From positions 512,001 through 576,000 of the forward strand of contig CAWDVR010000004.1 of the NCBI GenBank assembly GCA_963805975.1: a stretch of 64,000 bases of DNA. The letters are read 5' to 3'. A program made the position numbers and the translations under genes. Of the stretch, positions 1 through 7,401 are shown one piece after another (positions within the stretch are counted from its first letter, which is position 1; every line of letters starts with the position of its first letter). The DNA comes from an uncultured Acidobacteriota bacterium. GTDB lineage: Bacteria; Acidobacteriota; Thermoanaerobaculia; Multivoradales; SZUA-115. The notes beneath the pieces are model-generated. The model worked only from the letters and a program-made list of their open reading frames with translations. It had not been told where the DNA came from and ran no database searches.

Positions 1-1
1 G

Positions 2-2236
2 GCGGGCCAGAACCGCATCGACGTCGACTTCGGCTACAAGCCGGCGACGCCGGTCTGCACCGCCGGCTACATGAAGGACACGTTCACGACGGCGAGCTTC
101 TCGAACAACGAAGGCACCCTGGCGTGGAGCGCCGCGTGGATCGAGAACGACGTCGCCGGCGCCGGTCCGGGCAGCGGCAATGTGACGGTGGGAACTCCGG
201 TATCCGGGTACCTGATCCTGCGCGACAGCCCGGACACCGGCACGCAGCCGAGCGCGGCGCGCGAGGCCAATCTCTCCGGCTTCGCCTCGGCGATGCTGTC
301 CTTCGATTTCCACATCCGTGGGGTCGAGACCGACGACGCGGCGGTGGTGGAGGTTTCGAACAATGGAGGCGCTTCCTACACCGTTCTCGAGACCTTCACC
401 GGCCTGACCGGGACGACCATCAGCTCGCGCAGCTACGACATCACGGCATACAAGGCGAGCAATACGCGGATCCGGTTCCGGATCAGCAACCTGTACGGCG
501 GCGATGACGATTTCTTCAAGCTCGACCTGGTCCGTATCGACGCCACCTGCGTGCCGCCGCAGACCGGTTCGGTCGGTGACCGGGTTTGGAAGGACAGTGA
601 CGGCGATGGCATCCAGGACGGCGGCGAGCCGGGGATCAACGGCGTCACCGTCCAGTTGCTGAATTCGGGAGGCACGGTCGTCGCGACGCAGGTGACCAGC
701 GGCAACGGAAACTATCTGTTCAGCGGCCTCAACGCCGGGACCTATTCGGTGCGTGTCGTTTCGAGCACCGTGCCGGCTGGCTACTCGCAGACCTACGACC
801 TCGACGGCACGGGCAGCGCCCACATCGCCAGCTTCTCGCTGGGCGCGGGACAGAATCGCACCGACGTCGACTTCGGCTATCGCCCGGCGCCAGTCTGCAC
901 CGCCGGCTACCTGAAGGACACGTTCACGACGGCGGGCTTCTCGAACAACGAGGGCACGCTGAATTTCAACGGCTCGTGGATCGAATACGACGTGGCGGGA
1001 GCGGGTGCGAGTAGCGGCAACGTGACGGTGGGAACTCCGGTCGCCGGGTACATGATCCTGCGCGACAGCCCGGACACCGGGACGCAGCCGAGTGTGGCGC
1101 GCGAGGCCAATCTCTCCGGCTTCGCCTCGGCGACGTTGTCCTTCGACTTCCACATCCGTGGAGTCGAGGCCGACGACGCGGCGGTGGTGGAAGTTTCGAA
1201 CAACGGGGGAGCTTCCTACACCGTGCTCGAGACCTTCACCGGCTACACCGGCACCACGATCAGCTCGCGGAGCTACGACATCACGGCGTACAAGGCGACC
1301 AATACGCGAATCCGGTTCCGGATCAGCAACCTGTACGGCGGCGATGACGACTTCTTCAAGCTCGATGTGGTGCGCATCGACGCCGCTTGCGTGCCTCAGA
1401 CTGGATCGGTCGGCGACCGGGTGTGGAAGGACAGCGACGGCGACGGCGTCCAGGACAGCGGCGAGACGGGCCTCAACGGGGTTACCGTCGAGCTGCTGAA
1501 CTCGGGCGGCACGGTGATCGCCACCCAAGTGACGAGCGGCAACGGCAACTACCTGTTCAGCGGCCTCGCCGCCGGCACCTACAAGGTACGGGTCAAGTCG
1601 ACCACGGTGCCGTCGGGCTACACCCAGACCTACGACCTGGACGGCACCGGCACGGCGCACCTCGCGACGTTCACGCTGGCGGCGGGACAGAACCGCACCG
1701 ACGTGGACTTCGGCTACAAGCCAGCGCCGGCGTGCACGGCGGGTTACTTCAAGGACAACTTCGGCACCGCCAGCTTCTCGAACAACGACGGCACGCTGAG
1801 CTGGTCGGCGGCGTGGGTCGAGTCCGACAGCGCCGGCGCGGGAGTGAGCAGCGGCAACGTCACGGTGGGGACGCCGTACAGCGGCTATCTGATCCTGGAC
1901 GACAATCCGGACACTGGCACGCAGCCGAGCGCGGCGCGCCAAGCGAACCTCTCCGGCTTCGTCACCGCGACGCTCAAGTTCGACTTCCACACCACCGGCG
2001 GTACCGACGCGGACGACGCCGCGGTCATCGAGGTGTCGAACAATGGCGGCGCGTCCTACACCGTGCTGCAGACCATTACCGGACTGACGGGCACGAACGT
2101 CGGCTCGAAGACCTTCAACATCTCGGCCTACATCTCGAGCAACACGCGGATCCGGTTCCGGATCAGCGCCAACTATGGGGCCGCGGACGAGATGTTCAAG
2201 GTGGACACGGTGCGGATCGACACCACTTGTCCGTGA
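2..2236 (+). CDS. Large extracellular repeat protein (5'-truncated): SdrD B-like domains alternating with Cys-flanked beta-sandwich modules
   Basis: Frame open from position 2 (AGQNRIDVDFGY...). Two GSVGDRVWKDSDGDG(I/V)QDxGExG(I/L)NGVTVxLL...NGNYLFSGLxAGTY...DVDFGY SdrD_B-type units and three ~160-aa beta-rich modules. Confidence 0.85.
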   Translation, partial: AGQNRIDVDFGYKPATPVCTAGYMKDTFTTASFSNNEGTLAWSAAWIENDVAGAGPGSGNVTVGTPVSGYLILRDSPDTGTQPSAAREANLSGFASAMLSFDFHIRGVETDDAAVVEVSNNGGASYTVLETFTGLTGTTISSRSYDITAYKASNTRIRFRISNLYGGDDDFFKLDLVRIDATCVPPQTGSVGDRVWKDSDGDGIQDGGEPGINGVTVQLLNSGGTVVATQVTSGNGNYLFSGLNAGTYSVRVVSSTVPAGYSQTYDLDGTGSAHIASFSLGAGQNRTDVDFGYRPAPVCTAGYLKDTFTTAGFSNNEGTLNFNGSWIEYDVAGAGASSGNVTVGTPVAGYMILRDSPDTGTQPSVAREANLSGFASATLSFDFHIRGVEADDAAVVEVSNNGGASYTVLETFTGYTGTTISSRSYDITAYKATNTRIRFRISNLYGGDDDFFKLDVVRIDAACVPQTGSVGDRVWKDSDGDGVQDSGETGLNGVTVELLNSGGTVIATQVTSGNGNYLFSGLAAGTYKVRVKSTTVPSGYTQTYDLDGTGTAHLATFTLAAGQNRTDVDFGYKPAPACTAGYFKDNFGTASFSNNDGTLSWSAAWVESDSAGAGVSSGNVTVGTPYSGYLILDDNPDTGTQPSAARQANLSGFVTATLKFDFHTTGGTDADDAAVIEVSNNGGASYTVLQTITGLTGTNVGSKTFNISAYISSNTRIRFRISANYGAADEMFKVDTVRIDTTCP
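53..2233 (+). repeat. Intragenic tandem repeat, ~840-bp (280-aa) unit, about 2.6 copies in the window
   Basis: Units begin near 53, 893 and 1730 (tgcac(c/g)gc(c/g)ggNtac, CTAGY). Units 1 and 2 are near-identical at nucleotide level; unit 3 is more diverged. Confidence 0.9.
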
Positions 2237-2248
2237 TTGGGTGTCTGT

Positions 2249-2545
2249 ATGTCCAGCGTGAAGGAGCCGACGATCTTGGGACAGTTGACCATCCCGCCCT
2301 CTGTTCTCTTCCGAGACCTGGGCGGGGAGGCCGTGCTGCTGGAGCTCGAGACCGGCTGCTACTTCGGGCTCGACGAGATCGGGACCCGCATCTGGCGGCT
2401 GATCGAGAAGCACGGTGAGCTGCCGCGCGTGGAGCGCGAGCTGCTGGAGGCCTACGAGGTGTCGCCGGACCATCTGGCCGGCGACCTCTCCGCCTTCGTC
2501 CGCTCGCTGGTCTCGCGCGGCCTGCTGAGGGCCCATGAAGCGTAG
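2249..2545 (+). CDS. PqqD-family RiPP recognition element (lasso B1/E protein)
   Basis: FRDLGGEAVLLELETGCYFGLDEIGTRIWRLI...YEV...DL..FV..L...GLL is the typical PqqD/RRE pattern; it overlaps the B2 gene. Confidence 0.92.
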   Translation: MSSVKEPTILGQLTIPPSVLFRDLGGEAVLLELETGCYFGLDEIGTRIWRLIEKHGELPRVERELLEAYEVSPDHLAGDLSAFVRSLVSRGLLRAHEA

Positions 2546-2963
2546 AGCCCGCGCCTTCTTCTCGCTGGCGAGCGAAGAGCGAGACGTCCTCCTCGAAGCC
2601 TGGTGCCTCCTGCTGCTGGCGGATCTCGCCCTGCGCTGGCTGCCCTGGAGGCGGGTCGAGGGGCTGCTTGCACCCGCGCAGGGCTCCAGTCGTCTGACGC
2701 TGCTCTCGCCGGCACGGCTCGCCACGCTGGTCGAGATCGCGGCCCGGCACCATCTGGTTCCCATGACCTGCCTGCGGCGCGCGCTGGTGCTGCGCCGGCT
2801 GCTCTCGCGGACGGGCTCGAGCGGGGCCCTGAGACTCGGCGTCCGCCGCGAAGCGAACGAGCTCCTGGCCCATGCCTGGGTGGAAGTGGGCGAGCGGCCG
2901 CTGGGGGATGATCCTCAGGTAGCCCTCCGCTTTGCCCCCCTCCTGCCCGCTCACAGCGCGTGA
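2535..2963 (+). CDS. Lasso peptide leader peptidase B2 (transglutaminase-like)
   Basis: TCLRRALVL...LRLGVR...AHAWVE gives the Cys-His-acid catalytic motifs of lasso B2 proteins. Confidence 0.93.
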   Translation: MKRRARAFFSLASEERDVLLEAWCLLLLADLALRWLPWRRVEGLLAPAQGSSRLTLLSPARLATLVEIAARHHLVPMTCLRRALVLRRLLSRTGSSGALRLGVRREANELLAHAWVEVGERPLGDDPQVALRFAPLLPAHSA

Positions 2964-3042
2964 GACGAGTGCTAACAGTCGCCGGAGCGCTGGATCGAGC
3001 CTGCGACGCGCTCAGCTCGTTTTAGGAAGCAGTATTTTGTAA

Positions 3043-3051
3043 TGGTATGAT
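3043..3051 (+). promoter_or_regulatory. Putative extended -10 promoter (TGgTATGAT) for the precursor gene
   Basis: AT-rich patch in the only intergenic gap of the cluster, containing TGnTATGAT; no clear -35. Confidence 0.4.
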
Positions 3052-3152
3052 ACCGGCGGTCTGCGAGCCGGCGGTATCCGTTCAGGCTGGCTACGAGTCG
3101 CTCTGTAGAGACTAGAGAGATGAAGCTCCAGCGGCCCGACCTGAGAGACACC

Positions 3153-3341
3153 ATGAGAGAACACGAGAAAGCGAATCAGGAAGGCGGTGGCACGCGGTCT
3201 TCCGTGCCCGCGGGCGAGCGGCCGCCGCGGCGCGCCTACAGCCCGCCCCAGCTCGTGGTCTATGGCACTCTTTCCGACCTGACCCAGGCCTTGGGCGTCC
3301 TTGGCCGCGACGGGTTGGCCGGCTCTCGTCCCCGTACCTGA
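3153..3341 (+). CDS. Lasso peptide precursor (leader ...AYSPPQLVVYGTLSDLTQ; core ALGVLGRDGLAGSRPRT); alternative start at 3120
   Basis: YxxPxL leader motif, downstream Gly, Thr at -2, small residue at +1 and Asp at core position 8; lies between B2 and cyclase. Confidence 0.92.
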   Translation: MREHEKANQEGGGTRSSVPAGERPPRRAYSPPQLVVYGTLSDLTQALGVLGRDGLAGSRPRT

Positions 3342-3367
3342 ACCCCGTCCTGTCGCCACGAGCCCCG

Positions 3368-5149
3368 TTGCCAGGGTCCCTGCCACGGCAGCCTCCGCTG
3401 GCGGAGGGCGCCACGGCGGGCGGCTCCCACCCGCTGTCGCACGCGTGGCTGATCACCTGGGATCCGCACCATAATCGAGTCCGGGTAGGCTCCTCCGAGC
3501 CGTCGAGCCCCACTGCCGCGGATGCCACCTGCCTGTGGTGCGCAGGCTGGGTGGCGAATCGACCGGCGTTGAGCGCGAGGACCGGCCTCCCCCTCACGGC
3601 GACCGCTCGCGAGCTGGTGCCGGCGCTCTACGCCCGCGAGGGGCCCGAGGCGGCGCGGCAGATCGCCGGTGACCTGGCCTGGGTGCTGTGGGACCCTCGG
3701 CAGCGGCTTCTCTTCGCCTGCCGCGACCGGCTCGGAAGCCATCGCCTCCTCTACCGGGTGGTGGCCGACCAGATCCTGCTCTCTGGAAGCGTCGGGCCAC
3801 TCCTCTCCGACCCTCTCGTCCCTGGTCCGGGCTCGACGATCAATCTCTCGGCGCTCGTGGCGCACGTGCAGGGTGACGCGCTGCCGCCCGGGGAGACTTT
3901 CTTCAGCTCGATCCAGGCCGTCGAGCCGGCGACCTGCGTGACCTTCGGCGGCACGGCCGAGATCCGCCGGCGCTACTTCTGCCTGGCTGCCCAACCGCTG
4001 CTCGAGCTGCACAGCGACGCCGAGTATGCGGAGGCCTTCCGCGACCGGCTGCGGGAAGTGGTCGCGGACCATGCCGAGCCGGGACCCCTGGGCCTCACGC
4101 TGTCGAGCGGGCTCGACTCGACCTCGATCGCCGTCGCGCTCTCCGAGCTCGGCCGGGCCTCCGACGTGACCGCCATCACCTGGGTGACCCCGGGGCTGCC
4201 GGCGGCGGACGAGAGCGCGGGCGCCCGGGCGGTGGTGAGCCGTACCGGCCTCGGGCACCTGGAGATCCCGGCCGATCGACACTGGCCGCTGGCGACCGGC
4301 ATGGAGCTGGAGCCCCCCGCGGAGGGGCCGCCGCTGACGCTGTTCGGCGGGCTCTGGGACGTCACCTACGCGCTGGCTCGCGAGCGGCGGATCTCTTCCC
4401 TGTGGACTGGCCTGGGGGGGGACCATCTCTTCGGCGGGAACGTCTTCTCTTACCCGGATCTCCTGCTCACCGGCCGTTGGCTCGCGCTCGCGAGGCAGCT
4501 CCGGGACCATCTGCCGCGCTCGGAGTTCCGGCCCGCGGAGGTGCTGCGGTCGATGATCGTTTCCCCGATCCTCCGCTCCTACATGCCTCTGCCGCGCTTC
4601 CGCCGGGTCCCGACCGTGCCCTGGCTCACGGCCAAGGGGCTGGCCCTCTACCGCCCGCAGCGGCCCACCGCTCCGCGGCGGCTCCTGCCCGGCCGGCGCC
4701 AGCGGTTCGAGGCCCTCACCGAAGCGGCCCTGCCGCGGCTGGTGGAGGACCAGGCGGCCGCGGCGGCGCGCCATGGCGTGACTCTGCGGCATCCCCTGCT
4801 CGATCCGCGCCTGCTCGAGCTCGCGGCGAGCCTGCCCACCGACCAGAGCTTCCGCGCGGCTCGCCGCAAGGGGATCATGGTGCGCGCCATGCGCGGCCGG
4901 CTGCCCGACGAAATCCTCGACCGGCACGATAAGATTTATCCCACCGCGCTCGCCGAGCGCGGCCTCAAGGAGCGGGAGACGAAGAAGGTCTGGAGCCTGA
5001 TGGACAATCCGCGGCTCGGCGATCTGGGCCTGATCGAACCCGCCTCCTGGCGGCAGGCCTATCGGCTCTACCTCGATGGCCGCGAGGACTCCGACATGTT
5101 CTGGCACACCCTCACCGCGGAAGCCTGGCTGCGGCTGCACGGCGGCTGA
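3368..5149 (+). CDS. Lasso cyclase (asparagine synthetase-like protein C)
   Basis: RDRLG, LSSGLDST PP-loop, GLGGDHLFGG and RHPLLDPRLLE motifs; no N-terminal catalytic Cys of a true AsnB. Start codon uncertain. Confidence 0.9.
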   Translation: MPGSLPRQPPLAEGATAGGSHPLSHAWLITWDPHHNRVRVGSSEPSSPTAADATCLWCAGWVANRPALSARTGLPLTATARELVPALYAREGPEAARQIAGDLAWVLWDPRQRLLFACRDRLGSHRLLYRVVADQILLSGSVGPLLSDPLVPGPGSTINLSALVAHVQGDALPPGETFFSSIQAVEPATCVTFGGTAEIRRRYFCLAAQPLLELHSDAEYAEAFRDRLREVVADHAEPGPLGLTLSSGLDSTSIAVALSELGRASDVTAITWVTPGLPAADESAGARAVVSRTGLGHLEIPADRHWPLATGMELEPPAEGPPLTLFGGLWDVTYALARERRISSLWTGLGGDHLFGGNVFSYPDLLLTGRWLALARQLRDHLPRSEFRPAEVLRSMIVSPILRSYMPLPRFRRVPTVPWLTAKGLALYRPQRPTAPRRLLPGRRQRFEALTEAALPRLVEDQAAAAARHGVTLRHPLLDPRLLELAASLPTDQSFRAARRKGIMVRAMRGRLPDEILDRHDKIYPTALAERGLKERETKKVWSLMDNPRLGDLGLIEPASWRQAYRLYLDGREDSDMFWHTLTAEAWLRLHGG

Positions 5150-5151
5150 GG

Positions 5152-6360
5152 ATGAGCACACTGACGCGCGCCACTCTCCTCGCCAGGAAGCCTGACCTGG
5201 AGCTCCGCCTCGATGCCAGGAACCAGGTCGCGGTGATGGTCGGCGGCGAGGCCGTGCCCTGCGGCCCCTACGGACTGGCCGTTCTGGAGGCGTTCTCGCG
5301 GCCTGCCACTCTCGACGAGGCATTGCGCCGGGTGCAGGCCCGTGGCGCCCAGGACTGGATGGACCTCACCAGCGTCGTCGTGCGTCTCTACGAGGCCGGG
5401 GTGCTCCTCGACGGCGAGCGCGGCAAGCCGGCGCCAGAGAGGCGCTCCGGCTTTGCGAGCTGGTCGGTCCACGTCAAGATGCTCAACGACCGGGTGCGCA
5501 CGGCCAGCTACCTGAGGGCGATCGCGGAAACGGTGCGACCGGGCGACGTGGTGGTCGACATCGGCACGGGCACCGGGGTGCTGGCGGTGGCCGCGGCCCG
5601 TGCCGGGGCGCGGCAGGTGTTTGCCGTCGAGGCTTCCGGCATTGCCACGGTGGCCCGCGAGGTCTTCGCGAGGAGCGGCGTGGGCGATCGGATCACGCTG
5701 GTCGAAAGCTGGTCCACGCAAGCCGAGCTTCCGGAGCCGGCGGACGTGATCGTGAGCGAGATCATTGGCAACGATCCTTTCGGGGAACGGGTCCTGGAGG
5801 TGCTCGCTGATGCCCGGAGGCGGTTGGCCCGGCCCGGCGCGCGCTCGGTTCCCCGCCGCTTGCGGGTCTACGTCCTGCCGGTGACGGTCCCGGAAGAAGA
5901 GCTGGTGCGCCGCATGGGGAGCGAGGCGACCCTCGCCCGCTGGCGCTCCTGGTACGACCTCGACCTCTCCCCGCTCGCTCTGCTGGCAGAGCAGTCGGAA
6001 GAGCCGCTTTTCTTTATCCGCCCGCAGAAGGCGAGCCTCTGGCCGGCGCTCGCCGAGCCGGCGCTGGTGGCGAACGTGGACCTCGAAGCCGAGCCGCCCG
6101 GCGTGCTGGACACGACCGCGGAGGTCACGGTCACGGCTCCCGGCCTCCTGAGCGGCCTGCTGATGTACTTCGAGCTCGATCTCAGCCCCACGGTCACGTT
6201 CTCCACTCATCCCGCCCGGGTCGAGGAGGCCGGCTGCTGGCGGAGCCCCGTGTGGGTCCCTGCCCGGCGGCGGCGCTACGAGCCCGGCGAGCGTCTCTCC
6301 CTCCGCTTCGAGTATGGGCATGCCTCCCGCTGGACGCGGTTGACCCTTCTTCCCGCGTAG
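5152..6360 (+). CDS. SAM-dependent methyltransferase of the protein arginine methyltransferase (PRMT) type with an N-terminal wHTH/RRE-like domain
   Basis: HVKMLNDRVRTASY, VVDIGTGTG, VFAVEAS, double-E loop SEIIGNDPFGE and C-terminal barrel motifs YFELDL...FSTHP...CWRSPV. Confidence 0.82.
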   Translation: MSTLTRATLLARKPDLELRLDARNQVAVMVGGEAVPCGPYGLAVLEAFSRPATLDEALRRVQARGAQDWMDLTSVVVRLYEAGVLLDGERGKPAPERRSGFASWSVHVKMLNDRVRTASYLRAIAETVRPGDVVVDIGTGTGVLAVAAARAGARQVFAVEASGIATVAREVFARSGVGDRITLVESWSTQAELPEPADVIVSEIIGNDPFGERVLEVLADARRRLARPGARSVPRRLRVYVLPVTVPEEELVRRMGSEATLARWRSWYDLDLSPLALLAEQSEEPLFFIRPQKASLWPALAEPALVANVDLEAEPPGVLDTTAEVTVTAPGLLSGLLMYFELDLSPTVTFSTHPARVEEAGCWRSPVWVPARRRRYEPGERLSLRFEYGHASRWTRLTLLPA

Positions 6361-6369
6361 GGCCCCAGC

Positions 6370-7401
6370 TTGCAGCCTCCGAGCGCAACCGCCGGCCTCG
6401 GGCACGAGACCTACCGGGTCTTCGGGCAGACCCTCGCCACGAGCTTTCCGCTCGCGAACGTGCTCGCCTCCGGCCACGGCCCGGTCGATTTGGTCTTCTC
6501 CTGCACGGACCAACCCCCGAGCGAGGTGGACGACGCGGCGTTCGAGCCCTTCTATCAAAGCCCCGAGCGTACGGGCTCGGGAGAAGCGGTCTGCAGTCTG
6601 GCTCGCTTTCCCGGGGCTCGCCTCGTCGAGTGGGAGAGGCTGGGCTTCCCGCAGGTGGCCGACTTCTACTATCTCGGCCCGGCCCGGATTCACGCCCGAA
6701 GGCTCGCCGGCGGGAACGATGCCGAGATCGAGCAGTGCCTGCTCGGGCCGGTCCTCTCCTACTGGCTCGAGCAGAGGGGAATCCTCGCGTTACACGCCTC
6801 AGCGGTGGAGGTGGGGGGCGAGGCGATTGCCTTCCTCGCCGCCGGCGGCACCGGGAAGACGTCGCTGGCCGCGGCCTTCCTCGCAGAGGGGGACGCCCTG
6901 GTCACGGACGACGTGCTGGCCCTCCAGCCCGCTGCACGAGGATTTCTGGCGCTTCCCGGCTACCCGCAGCTCAAGCTCTGGCCGGATCTCGCCCGGCAGC
7001 TCTTCGGTGAGCGTTCGGCCCTGCCGCGCGTGCTTCCGGGGGTCGAGAAGCTGCGCGCCCCGGTGGGGGCCGGCTTCGGGCGGTTCTGTCACCAAACGCT
7101 GCCGCTGACCGCGCTCTACCTGCTCGAACGGCGACCCGAGGACGCGGGCCGCGACGGCCGCGTGGTTCCGGTCGCCTCACGAGACGCCCTGATCGAGCTC
7201 GTCCGGCACTCGTTCTCGCCCCGCCTGGCGGAGGCGACCCAACTCCAGGAGCGCCGCCTCACGCAGTTCGCCCGCCTGCTGCGGGAGGTTCCAGTCCGGC
7301 GTCTGCTGGTGCCCTCGGCTCTCGAGCTCCTGCCGCGGGTGGCCGAGGCGGTGCGGCGGGACCTCAGCCTGCCGCGAGGGAACCCTTCTCCTCGAGAATG
7401 A
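6370..7401 (+). CDS. HPr kinase-like lasso peptide kinase
   Basis: LHASAV, Walker A AAGGTGKTS, LVTDD and PGYPQLKLW motifs; last gene of the lasso cluster. Confidence 0.85.
   Translation: MQPPSATAGLGHETYRVFGQTLATSFPLANVLASGHGPVDLVFSCTDQPPSEVDDAAFEPFYQSPERTGSGEAVCSLARFPGARLVEWERLGFPQVADFYYLGPARIHARRLAGGNDAEIEQCLLGPVLSYWLEQRGILALHASAVEVGGEAIAFLAAGGTGKTSLAAAFLAEGDALVTDDVLALQPAARGFLALPGYPQLKLWPDLARQLFGERSALPRVLPGVEKLRAPVGAGFGRFCHQTLPLTALYLLERRPEDAGRDGRVVPVASRDALIELVRHSFSPRLAEATQLQERRLTQFARLLREVPVRRLLVPSALELLPRVAEAVRRDLSLPRGNPSPRE

Noticed and set aside
3368-5149. Primary-metabolism asparagine synthetase AsnB
   Set aside because: No N-terminal Cys glutaminase nucleophile, and the B1/B2/precursor context indicates a lasso cyclase.
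5152-6360. Ribosomal protein L11 methyltransferase PrmA (likely automatic label)
   Set aside because: Only motif I is shared; the HxxMLxDxxRT helix, double-E loop and C-terminal barrel are PRMT-type features.
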